DNA of 59,676 nucleotides, counting the filler, from Sphacelaria rigidula (Eukaryota): assembly GCA_964200075.2 (NCBI GenBank). It is 5 parts of 5 records of this genome, joined end to end, with 100 filler letters (N's around TTAATTAATTAA, not from the genome) between each part and the next. Parts side by side here need not be neighbours in the genome. Positions count along the whole stretch, not along the records: positions 23,913 to 35,768 come from CAXNAA020004417.1; positions 35,869 to 47,722 come from CAXNAA020004418.1; 3 more parts are not named here. One strand, given 5' to 3'. Position numbers and translations under genes: made by a program. Under the pieces are notes generated by a model that saw only the letters and a program-made list of their open reading frames with translations, did no database searches and was not told the DNA's origin. Position 1 is the stretch's first letter. Every line of letters starts with the position of its first letter. Below, in pieces: positions 24,791 to 36,915 of this stretch.

Positions 24791-26820
24791 ACTGCTTAAC
24801 TGCTGCGGACATTTGGAGGGGTATCATGGCATCGCTCGGTCGTAAGTGTTTCGCGTCATCGCTGCAAAAAGAAATGCCACTTGAACCTCATGTTTGCGAT
24901 GGGCCCTATTTTTCAGGATCCGCTGTTATGTCAGCCTCTCCGCGTTGATTTTATAGACATTACGGTGCCCTCCGGATCTGCTTGGATTTCGAGTACATAC
25001 ACTTTCCGGGCTGTGTTCTGCATGGTGTTTGACGTTGCGATGCGTTCCGTATGATGGATCCCCTCGCTGGTGTGTCGGTGGGCCCTTCGGGGGTCCAAAA
25101 TGACATGTAACTGTTATGGGCGTGCCTGGCCCCCCATAATGAGCCAAGGGAGGCATACCGAGTACCCTCGGGCAAGGCAGGTGCAACGTGTTCCCTAGGC
25201 GAAGTGTGTGTTGCCCGGCCTCAAATCGGCGTCCCAGGCCCCGATTTAGACAAAAACGCGTTGATATTACTTGATTCGACTGTGTACAACGAGAATTGGA
25301 ATTCAAGTAGGGCTGACAGCCCCGCCGTGTGCTCCTCGTGTGCGCAGAACATGTTTTCGTTGACATCGGCGCCACACGCGCCGATTTGGGGTCTACCAAT
25401 GCCTGACTTTGTTTAGGGAATGTGTGTACCGCTCTTGACCGAGGCTTCTCGGTGTGCGTTGGCTTGGGTCAACTCAAGTAAGTAGCCTTCAGGTATTCAT
25501 TCCAGCGCATCGCAAGCGCGGATGAAAAGCGAGGCAGTGGCATGTAGTATATGACGACCAACAACGGAAGTAACGGCAGGGTTCTGATGTTAGAATGCAG
25601 TTCACGGTTCACTTTTCTCTACATGGATTTTGGATCTATGTCGTTCTCTTCCGATGACGTAAGGCACATTTTACCCGACGAGCCTGGAAAAGCCCCAAAA
25701 GTCGATATGTTCGTGATTTTGGTCGGTGACACTTTTTTTACCCATTTCGGGGGGTCAGGCGCACCCATAACTGTTGACCGCGACCATGGATAGTCGGTGG
25801 AATCGGCATCAGTTTTACTCAAAAAATCACTGCATGACCAGATGACCTACCCTCGCGCAGTAGCTCTCAGGAGAACAAACGGCCTCTATTTTTCGCATTG
25901 GATTCTGAACAGATTTGGGCGATATGGTTACTGTTTGACCGCGATAGTCAGCGGAATCAGCATCAGTTTGTATTAAAAAATCACTACATGACCAGATGAT
26001 CTACCCTCGAGGGAGAAAAACATGCACAGCTGATGAGAAGCTATGGCGTTTCTTCGAAGTACAACAGCACGCAATTATGACCGGCGAAGTTTCCGATGCC
26101 ACTTTTGCTATCATCACCAATTCGCGCGCAAATCATCGTACTGCAGCAGCCGCGAAGTTGTCGATGCCATTTTTCAATATTCTCCCGAACATGTCCGTTT
26201 GCTGTGTTTTTGTCAAATCATTTTTATCATGAGCCGCGGACTTTCGGGTCGTTCCTCCACGCAGGACACTTTTTATCATGAGCCGCGAAGTTTCCGATGC
26301 CACTTTTTATCATGTATTTCCCGAACATATTTTTCGGGTCGTTTCTCAACTTGAAAATAATTTTTTACACTGGTTTCAACGGCCCCTACTGTTCGTCGAT
26401 CGTATGCAATACATGTTCCGTTTCTCAAATATATATTCATCACGTTGAGGGTATTGCTTGCTTATTGTGATGTGGGACTGGAAACGTCTATAGACACCGC
26501 GGTTACGGGCATTTTTGCGGTGCAATAGTGCTGGACTCATGGTTGCGAACACTGGCGTGTGTCCGTCACAAGTCTTTGTGTCCTCGGATGACTGGGCGGC
26601 GTCATAATATTTTGTCTAATGGTAGGAGTGTCCCAGGGTGTGTGTTCGTCGACGGTGGACGATGTTTCCTATTCGTTGTTGTGGGTGGAGGACGTGAAAT
26701 CGTGTCTCCGTGTGTGTTCTTCGACGGTGGACGTTGTCGTTTCCCCGTTCCTGCAGGTACGATTATCAAACATCAAAAACCTCTTCTTCATATCCTGCTC
26801 CCGGGGCATCTGTCACCATA

Positions 26821-28735
26821 CGAGCTGGGCCAGCCTCGAGGCGGATTTGCAGTTTGCACGCCCATTCGTCGGCCGAGATTTTGAGTTGGACCCTGAAATT
26901 TGGTATGGACAATGATCAGGGCACAAAGAGAACAATCACGTATGTACCCATTTTTCTCATCTGTTGAGGATATTTTACTGTTACCTGAAAACTGATTATT
27001 GCCCTTAATTTATGAGAGGAAAAAAAATCTTTGGATACATGCGTAATTTGTTTTTAATGTGCCCCATGCATTGTCCATACCTGATTTTAGGGGCCAACTC
27101 ACAATATTGGCCGGCGAATGAGCGATTTAGTATCGGGATCGGTGGAAATTCGGAACAGTATTTTGCAGGCCACATGTCGGCCCACGTTTGGTGTTTTTGT
27201 ATTGAAAATTTGTGTGGGACCTCGCTAGGGGATATTGAACCAAAAAAATGGATCAGGTTGCTATTTTTTTATTCTTCACTGGTTCAGTAGGGCGTTTTAG
27301 TGTGGTAATGACCATCTTTTCACGAGAACGCCCGAACATCTCCCCTCCCAAAAAAATGAAGGCCCATTATTTTCATGTAGCATACCTCTGTGGTTCTCCA
27401 TGCTAAGTTTCAAATCACAATTACAAAAATTGAGCTAAAAAATTGAGGCAAGGCTGAAGAGCAGTGTTCATTTCTCCTCAAAACTGCCCTAAGAACCCGA
27501 AAAAAATGAAATCAAAAACAGAAAAAAAATGAAAGAGCTGTTTTCCCTGTTTCATTATGCACTAGCGGCTCTCCATATGAAATTTCATTGCACAACTTTC
27601 GAAAACTGAAACGCGATATCCAGATTTATAGCATTTAGTGTCCCTGCTCGTAGTATATCGATTTTAGTATGGAGCCATATGCGCACCATATCTCGAGATA
27701 GATGACGAATAAGGTGAACGTGAGGATACCTATCGTCTCCCAGTGCTCCAGGGAATATCCACACTGAAAATCGTTGCCACCCGCTGAATATATCGATCGA
27801 GGTTTCATATGAATTTTAATGTGGACGCTATCTCCGTTAGGTATAGGAATTACTATACATGGGGTTTAATCAACGGCAAAAAATTGGCCCGGCATTCGAA
27901 GCAGATGGGCAGCTTCCCCGTGATTGGACGATTGATACAATTTGCGGATCATGGCCCAACTCGTCTGTGTCGATGAGATTCGTCTCTCTCTTTAGGGGCG
28001 TAAAATGACATAGCTCCAAAATTTCACTTTTGCAGATTTTTGTTTTTGTCTGCTAGTAGAGGTATCTCAAACTCGGCTATCCCGGTTAATTCGCTGGCCC
28101 TGAGTTGTTTACTATTTTTGCAAGTGAACATGATCGCGATTCATGGGAGGACCTGACCCGGCGGTGAAAGGGTCTCACCATCTGATGAATCGCCATCACT
28201 TTCACTTGAAAAATACAACAAAACAAACCAGGGCACCGGGAGCCGAGTTTGAGATACCTCTGATAAGGGGCGGCCTCAAACAAAAAAAGTGGTTCAGGTT
28301 GATTTTCATTTGCTTTATCACTGGTTTATATAGGGTGTTCGAGCATGTTCATGACCATTTTTTCGCGACAACGCCCTAGCCCCTGGAAAAAAGTTGAAGG
28401 CCCGTTTTCCTAATTCAGCATACCTCTGTGGTTCTTCACGCTAAGTTTCAAATCACATTTCTAAAAATTGAGCTAAAAAACTGAGGTAAGGTCCAAGATC
28501 AACTGGTGCCTTTTTCTCAAACCTCTCCTGATAAAATGAAAAAAATGCAAAAAGATGCAAAAAAATGCAAAAAAGGCTGACTTTTTTTTATTCATTATGC
28601 CCTAGCGATTCTCCATACAAAACTTTAAAATACAACTCTCGAAGGTGAGACGCGATATCCAGATAGATTTATTGTACTTAGTGCCCCTGCTCGTAACATA
28701 TTGACTTTGGTATGGGACCTCTTGTACGCCACATC
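26821..28735 (+). mobile_element. Truncated or rearranged TA-flanked TIR element with an internal duplication (about 27240-27690 versus 28280-28735); a right end of the same family is at 11957-12303
   Basis: Starts TA|CGAGCTGGGCCAGCCT; 27678-27980 matches 11957-12260, which continues to AGGCTGGCCCAGCTCG|TA. Confidence 0.7.
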
Positions 28736-28744
28736 TAGACTTGT

Positions 28745-31700
28745 CTGAAATCAGAAGAAGGTCACAGTGCTGATCCAGAGGCTTCCTCCCTGTCACGGGC
28801 TCCAGAGACTTCAAGACTCAAGCAGTGATACAAACGGTAGTCTTCGTTCAAACCAGAAGTGACCGGCGCACCTCGTATGCAAACATCATACATCAAAGAG
28901 TCCACCGATCATACTATCTGACCCGTTATCTATCAAGCAGACTATAAACGCCTGCTATGCACTTTCTCCACTGTAGTCATGTACCCAACAACGGAAAAAT
29001 GTTGCCCGGAGTCTACAGCACCCTCAAAGCTCGCTTACTACCAACAAGTAGTCAACCTGGAGCTTGATAACCTCAGACATCATTAACACTATATTCGTGA
29101 GATTCAGAGGGTAGTTTCAGATTCAGAGTGAATGCTCTAGCGTTCCTAGCAGGCGACGTATATATATATATATATTTCTGCTGGAGCACACGTGCTATGC
29201 ATGCAGCTACCGTACAGTACCCCATTCGAGGAATTCGGCGTCTGGTTGGTAAGATACCGCACAAAGTATTTTTACGCCTGGGGGGCATTTCGGAACTGAA
29301 ACTGTTTCAGGCACTAATCGGTTTTTCCTGAAAGAGGAGATCTTTCGTTGCAATGCACTGCCTACGTCGTTGCGATCAAGTGATGTGTCAAATTGATCAT
29401 GTAGGTGACAGCTTTCATAAAAGCCACCGCTTCACCGGCTGGGCGCATTACTCCTCGAACTGTCGCGATGTCAAAATCGACGGGAAAGTCGATTGTTTCG
29501 GTTCTCACTCTGAATCTAAAACTACCCTCTGAATCTCACGAATAAAGTGTTCATTTTTGCCGAAGTATACCGTCAATTTTTGCTGAGAGTGGCAATCCCT
29601 ACCGTAGTACACGATAACAGCCATACAAGCTTGTCCAATGTCCGAACAACTCGCAAGAGATCCAAAACGTCCATCATGAACACGCAATCACGCTATTCGC
29701 ATCGCTCCGGGTCATGGAGCGATAGCTTATGCCCAATTTTCAAACCCATGCCCAAAACAGTTCTCCTGACTTCAAACCGACAAACAAATATTGAACATCA
29801 ACGAACTTCAGATTCTAAAGCCATCGTGACAATTCTCCTCTCGCATTCGATACCGTTCAACATACAAAATGCTCTTTCGTACGTTCAACACCTGCGCAAC
29901 GGAGTGCAACAGCCAAGTAATACTGTATACCTGATTAGAATCAGATAAGTATTTAGCACGTCTAGAGCACGGTCTCTTGTGTGTTCAACTCCGTGAAACG
30001 TATGCATCGCACACCTCTTCTTCCTTAAAGCTTCGAAGCTTCATGATACCAATCCACTCATGAGCATACTGAAAACAAAGCAATGACTTACACCGCTTTT
30101 CAAGCCATTTATACCAAACCAAGAACGGCAAACGGACCTCGGCCTACGCCATCATTGGTCACCCGTGGTGATATTGTTCTCAAACTCGTTTTTACCGAGT
30201 GCATCCCAGAAAACACCCAGGTATAATATCCCAACTTGGATTCAGGACCGTCATATCCCATCAGTCGATCAACCGCGATGTAAAATGCAGCTCATGGCCC
30301 AACAGACTTGCAGCTCACCTGCATCGCTTCCTTAGACAAACGGACACTCCACCCACATCATCCTTCCAGACCGGAATGAAATATTCCCTCAAAGGACGTT
30401 CCATAGCCAAAGACAACTCATCTTCAACCACAAGAAACACTCCCGTTTTCCTTGCGCACATACGGGCCTACGCATTTCGTAGTTTCTGCTCATTTTGACA
30501 CCAACAGCAGCAATCACCATCTCCTACACTCAGTACCCACGAACTGCACAAAGAGAACTCCGCTGCGTGGCTGTGTGAACAAAAATATACGAGGTTCACC
30601 TCATCCTGTATACAGCAGTATATTGAAAAATGCCTCACCCTGACTCTTCGTCAGATACCATGCGCACTAGTACCATACTGTAGCAAGCATTTCACACACG
30701 CATGCCAGCATTTCAACCAGCACATGCAATGCGACCTCCCTCGCAGCAAACACCATGCATCGTCCTGTAGACTCCGGGCAACATTTTTCCGTTGTTGGGT
30801 ACATGACTGCAGTGGAGAAAATGCATAGCAGGCGTTTATAGTCTGGCTGACGGATAACAGGTCTGAGAGTATGATCGGTGGACTCCGTGATGTATGATGT
30901 TTGCATACGAGGTGCAAGGTCACTTCTGGTTAACGAAGACTGCTGTTTGTATAACTGCTTGAAGTCTTGAAGTCTCTGGAGCCCGTGACAGGGAGGAAGC
31001 CTCTGGATCAGCGCTATAACCTTGTTCTGATTCCAGGCAGGTTAACAATAAACGTTTATTCAGGAAAATTGTCGTTTCTGGAAAGGATTTTTGAAGCCGC
31101 ACCCCACAGTGTGTAAAACGGGGGACGCTCACGTTGAAAAACAGGGGGGGAGGAAGCGGCGGACAGAGAGACGCTGGTCATATAAGCCAAGGCAACTGAA
31201 GGGAAGGAGCCTTTTGGAAGGATGGCAGCGCGCAGGAGGACGGTAGGAGTAAAGTCGAGAAGGTTCTGAGGTAGTGCTGGGGTGCGCTTTGGTATCAGTT
31301 GATAACCAGCTGGGTTGCCACGAGAGCCTGCCAAAAAACGCGGCGCAAATCCTACCTCAGACGGGAGAATTGCAAGAGGGCTGGTTCAAGGTTGGCCAGC
31401 CGCGTTCAAGAAGAGGAGTCTAGGAAGGACTTCAAAACGTGGTGAGAGCTGCGTGACAAGAGGTGCTGTGGTCGACATGGTGTGGTGACAACGCTCGTCT
31501 TGCTGTACGGGCAGAGTTGCAGTGTCTGTGCTTGGGAGGCAGCTGAATTTTTCTACATTTTTTGAAAGTTTTGACATGGCAAGGCTCAGGACCAAGCACC
31601 TGATTGTGCCAAGTACACAGAAACTGTCGTCAGCGGCTGGCCGGCGCGCCGCGGCTGCGGCCGCCGCAGCGGGTAGTGGCGGTTCTGGCTCGAAAAAGCC

Positions 31701-34700
31701 TCACAAACCCTGTCCCACCACACAGAAAATGTCGTCCGCGGCTGCAGCAGCCGCTGATGAGCCAAATAGCGCGCCCAACAAGAATGCAGTGGGCCGAGGC
31801 TATCGGCAATGTGTGGGCCGAGGTTGTCATACGTGCGATGCTTATGATCCTACGGCGGGAGCAAGTACAACTCCGCAGGAATCTCTGCTCCAAGGGGAGG
31901 TGGATTCCAAGTTGACGGATTTAGATCCGCGCGATAGACTTGTGTTCGATGACCAGCGTGTAGCTGAGGACACGCCATGCATGCTCGACGAAGCTGAAGG
32001 GGGGTGTTGTTCGCGTCATGCGGACGGGCGAAGCGAGCTTGGAACTCGACATACTCATGGCAAATCTGTGTGCGCCGACGATATGGCGGGAGATGGTTCC
32101 GATGATTCACAGGGATATGACGGTCCTGAATCCAAGTTGGGATATTCTATCTGGGTGCTTTCTGGGATGTACGCGCTAGAAACGAGTTTGAGATCGATAT
32201 CACTAGGGGCTATCAGTGATGGCGGAGGTCGAGGTCCGTGTGCCGTTGTTGAATTGGTATACATGGCTTGAAAAGCTGTTTGAGCCATGGCTTCTCTTTT
32301 TTTGAGTATGCTCATGAGTTGATTGGGCGATGAAGCTTCCGCGAAGAAGAGGCGTGCGAGGCATACGTTTGTTTCACGGAGTTGAGCAAGCAAGAGGCCA
32401 GGTGCGTTCTACACGTGTTGCATACTTATTTGATTCTAGTTTCAGGTATATTGCTTGGCTGCTGCACTCCGTTGCACAGGTGTTGAACGTACGACAGAGG
32501 ACTTTGTATGTTGAACGGTATCGAATGCGAGAGGCGGATTGTCATGATGGCTTCAGAATTTGAAGTTCGGCGACGTTTACATTTTTTTGCCGGTTTGGAG
32601 TCAGGAGACTTGTTTGAGGAATCGGTTTGAAAATTGGGCGTCAGCTATCGCTCCGTGACTCGAAGCGATGCAAGTAGCGTGATTGCATGTTCATGAGGGA
32701 CATTTTCGGTCTCTTGCAAGTTGTTCGGAAATTGGACAAGCTTGTATGGCTGTTATCGTATACTGCGGTAGGTATTGCCATTATATGTGAAAAATGACGG
32801 TAGACTTCGGTAAAAGGATGTCTGAGTTTATCAAGCTCTAGGTTGCTACTTGTTGGAGTAAGCGAGCTTTGGGGGTGCTGTACACCCCGGGCATCATTGT
32901 TACCTTGATTCGGTACATGACTGCAGTGAAGAAAATGCATAGCAGGCGTTTATATTCTGGTTGATGGATAACGGGTCTGAGAGTATGATCGGTGGACTGC
33001 GTGATGTATGATGTTTGCATACGAGTTGCAAGGTCACTTCTGGGCAACGAAGACTGCTGTCTGTATACCTGCTTGAAGTCTTGAAGTCTCTGGAGCCGGT
33101 GACAGGGAGGAAGCCTCTGGACCAGCGCTGTAACCTTGTTCTGATTCCAGGCAGATTCACAGTCCGTGCCAGCAGGTCAGCACAACATGCACATCCTAAA
33201 TATCAACGTGTACGCAAGACTTTCACCCTGCACACGCGATACGATCATACTCGCTCCACAAACATGTTTCATGCGCAAACATGACCACAAATCACATAAT
33301 AACAAGCTGCAATCATGCTCAAAACGATTCGCGAATACCAGTGATATATGTGTCCTCATTCTCAAGAAGCACTCGATCACCTTAGCACTTGATCCTCAAC
33401 ATCAGCACCCAACGCGGCGCTCACCACAACAGCAAGAACCTCAGGTATTGCCTTTTTTGTAGTCTTCCAGCCCGCTCCTGAGAAACAGCAGAACTCGAAC
33501 CACAACCCCGTGAACAGCGTATAGCAGCCTTTCCACTCGAACACTCGATCCTCGCGCCATGAGTTCAACTACAGCTCGCACCCTCGTGGAGCCGCTCAGC
33601 TCGCCACCAAACCGCATATCCGCACCGCCGAACCAATGCGACAAGCCATCTGTCTCCACAGATACTTGGGCAGTACTGAACACTTGTGCTTCAGTCAGTT
33701 TTACCGAGTAAACCAAAGGCGAAACGGGAACAGCTACACAGTCCCGAACAGCAACACCTCCTGATGGCACACCATCCTTCTCAAACACCCGGCGAGGAAA
33801 AAAAACAAGGTCACGGTGCTGCTCCAGAGGCTTCCTCCCTGTCACGGGCTCCAGAGACTTCAAGACTCAAGCAGTTACACAAACAACAGTCTTTGTTAAC
33901 CAGAATTGATCCTTCTTTGCTCCCCGAAAAAACACAATATGCTACGCATTTAATAATCATCCTCCAAACCGTTGTCGCACGATCCAAACTGATATTCATA
34001 TGCTACCGTACTCCTCATGCTAGAAGAGCTACTGTACTTTCTTTACAGCATGTAGACTTCTGTCACTCAAGATCAGATTGCCATGTGGACTCCTCCCATC
34101 ACGGCCCATAGACTTCAGCAGCTTTAGTTATTCATATATTAACCTTCAGCATAATACAGGAGAACATGGCCATAGCCTCTCTCCACCAGAGTGGCAAAAC
34201 CGGCTCTACTCGTCATGGAGGTCACCATCACAGAGTCCGGTAATCAGACCCGCAACTCTACCTACAATGTCCCTGACCTTAGGTAACAATGGTGGCTAGA
34301 GTCTACAGCACCCCCAAAGCTCTCTACTACCAACAAATAGTTATATCAGAGCTTGACAAACTCAGACATCATTGGTGCCTGATAGTACCATCGTTTTCCG
34401 AAAAGAATAGCAATCTCTTCCGCTGATTTCGACAACAGCGCCATACAAGCTTGCCCTACTTCCGAACAACTCGCAAAAGATTCCAAAAAAATATCGTCCA
34501 TCATGAACATGCAATCACGCTACTTGCACCACATCGAGTTACAAAGCGATAGCTAGCGCCAAATTCTCCAATCTTCGCCCAAAACAAGTCTCTCGACTAT
34601 TCATCGGCGCGAAACCGGAAATGTCAGCAAACGTCAAATTCCAGATCATTCATGACTCATCGTCCATCTCATCCGAGACAAGGTACTTCTCAACATACAA

Positions 34701-35690
34701 AATGCACTCTTTGTACGTTCAACACTTGCACAACGAAGTGCAACAGCCAAATGATACATCATCCTTACGGTAGATGGAAATAAGCACCCAACAAGTCTCA
34801 AACGCACCTGGCCTCTTGCTTCTGTAACACCGTAAAAAACGTATGCATCGCATGCCTCCCTGCCGTCAAAGCTTCGATGCTTCACCTTGCCATCATTTTA
34901 TTCAGACAATCAAAGGGCTCAAACCGCTATGCAAGTCATGAATACTGATCCAACGACGGCGAACGGACCTCGACCTCCGCCATCAATGATCACCCCTCGT
35001 GATCTCCTTCTCGGTCTCTTGTTTTCGAGCAAATCCCGGACATTTCTAAATCTCGTTTGGATCTTGGACCGTCATATCCCATCCGTGCATCAGCCAAAAT
35101 ATAGAAATAATAATTTCCTCGACACTCTTGCAGTTCACCTGGACTAGTTCTTCGAGTAATTGAACGCATCATCCACATGCTCCTTCTGACATGAACGAAA
35201 AACCAACCACATACTCGTTCAAACACGTGACAATCCATACAAAACGTGCCACGGTCAAAGCTCATTGATGCATGCGCGCATAATGTCTTTATCTTCAACC
35301 ACCGGAAGCACACGCGTCATAACTGCTCACATGCGATGAGCCTACGCATTTCGTACCTTTCTACTCATTTTCACGCTAACAGCAGACGTCACCGTCTCCT
35401 GCAGTCGGTACGAGCCTGCACATTTCGTAGCTTTTTGCTCATTTTGAAGCTAACATCAGCAATCCATATATCCTGCAGTCAGTACGTGCAAACCGCACAA
35501 ATATGATTCGACTGTGTTCCTGCGCGAACAAGATTATACGAGCTTGTCTTCATTTAGCATACAGCAGTCTATTGAAAACTGCCCCACCCTAGGTCGTCAC
35601 CAGGTACCATTCATACCATTACCATTCGAGCAGAAATTCGCACATGCCTGCCAAAGTTCCACTCAGCATATGAAATCCGCACGTGCATTC
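28745..35690. repeat. Cluster of four copies of one repeat family (up to about 2 kb) in alternating orientation
   Basis: Marker CCAGAGGCTTCCTCCCTGTCAC.GGCTCCAGAGACTTCAAGACT at about 28775 (+), 30965-31007 (-), 33077-33120 (-) and 33824 (+); 29555-30720, 32110-32820 (inverted) and 34420-35670 are mutually homologous. Confidence 0.88.
29085..29551. mobile_element. 467-bp MITE with about 47-bp TIRs and CATT duplication
   Basis: CATT|AACACTATATTCGTGAGATTCAGAGGGTAGTTT.AGATTCAGAGTGA ... TCACTCTGAATCTAAAACTACCCTCTGAATCTCACGAATAAAGTGTT|CATT; empty site in the inverted paralogue near 32805-32830. Confidence 0.9.
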
Positions 35691-35768
35691 GAGTCATCCT
35701 ACGATAGGGGGGGGGGGTATTTTGGGTCATTTGTTGCTCGAAATTTCGAGTCAGGTCGTCGTTGAAAG

Positions 35769-35868
35769 NNNNNNNNNNNNNNNNNNNNNNNNNNNNNNNN
35801 NNNNNNNNNNNNTTAATTAATTAANNNNNNNNNNNNNNNNNNNNNNNNNNNNNNNNNNNNNNNNNNNN
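35769..35868. other. Artificial 100-nt spacer
   Basis: 44 N + TTAATTAATTAA + 44 N. Confidence 0.98.
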
Positions 35869-36915
35869 AACCTGTCTATGTCTCGATCTCAATACCTACC
35901 GTACCGGCCCAATCCGGTATTCTCAAAACTCATACCTACGATACCTACGATACCACGGTATTTCGAGGTTGCAATACGTACCGTACCGGCCCAATCCGGT
36001 ATTATCAAAACTCATACCTATGATACCTACAATACCAGGGTATTCCGAGATTTCAATACCTACCGTACCGGCCCAATCCGGTATTTTGAAATTTCATACC
36101 TACGATACCTACGATACCAGGGTATTCCGAGATTTCAATACCTACCGTACCGGCCCAATCCGGTATTTTGAAATGTCATACCTACGATACCTATGCATAC
36201 CACGGTATGGGATACCCCGGTAAATACCGGGGGTACGCTCGGTACGGTACCTTGTGCCTGTGAAAACTTCGACTGCCCAACTTGCACCCAGATCTGAAAC
36301 GCTTCGCACTCCCAGATGACAGTTTCGAATTCGGTATAGAGGGTGCGGCAGGTACCCGGTACCGGTATTTGGGACATCTCATACCCTACCGATACTGACC
36401 CAATCCGGTGTTTTCGAAGCTCGTACCTACAATACCTACGATACTACGGTATTTCTAGATTTCAATGCCTACCGTACTTGCCAACTCCGATATTTTCAAA
36501 ACTCATACCTACGATACCTGCGATACCACGGTATTTCGATATCTCAATACCTACCGTACCCGCGCAATCCGGTATTTTGACATTTCAATACCTACCTTAC
36601 CCGCCCAATCTGGTATCCTCAAAACTCATACCTACGATACCTATGATACCAGGGTATTCCGAGATTTCAGTACCTACCGTACCCGCGCAATCCGGTATTT
36701 TCAAAACTAATACCTACGATACCTACGATACCTACGATACTAGGGTATTTCGAGATTTCAATATCTACCGTACCATTTCAATACCTATCGTACCGGCCCA
36801 ATCCGGTATTTTGAAATGTCATACCTACGATACCTAGGCATATACCACGGTATGGGATACCCCGGTAAAAACTGGGGGTACACTCCGTACGGTACCTTAC
36901 CAACGGTGCCTGTGG
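35869..36915 (+). mobile_element. Two adjacent copies of an element built from 82-bp tandem units (35869-36262, cut by the block start, and about 36345-36915)
   Basis: Unit ATACCTACGATACCAGGGTATTCCGAGATTTCAATACCTACCGTACCGGCCCAATCCGGTATTTTGAAA..TCATACCTACG (36023, 36105). Both copies end TACCACGGTATGGGATACCCCGGTAAA...GTACGGTACCTT..GTGCCTGTG. The left end of the family is also seen at 14700-14790. Confidence 0.88.

Noticed and set aside
31750..31785. Hammerhead ribozyme core (CTGATGAGCCAAATAG)
   Set aside because: The required GAAA after stem II is absent
36343..36837. 164-aa IPT-rich ORF
   Set aside because: Translation of the 82-bp minisatellite; the unit length is not a multiple of three
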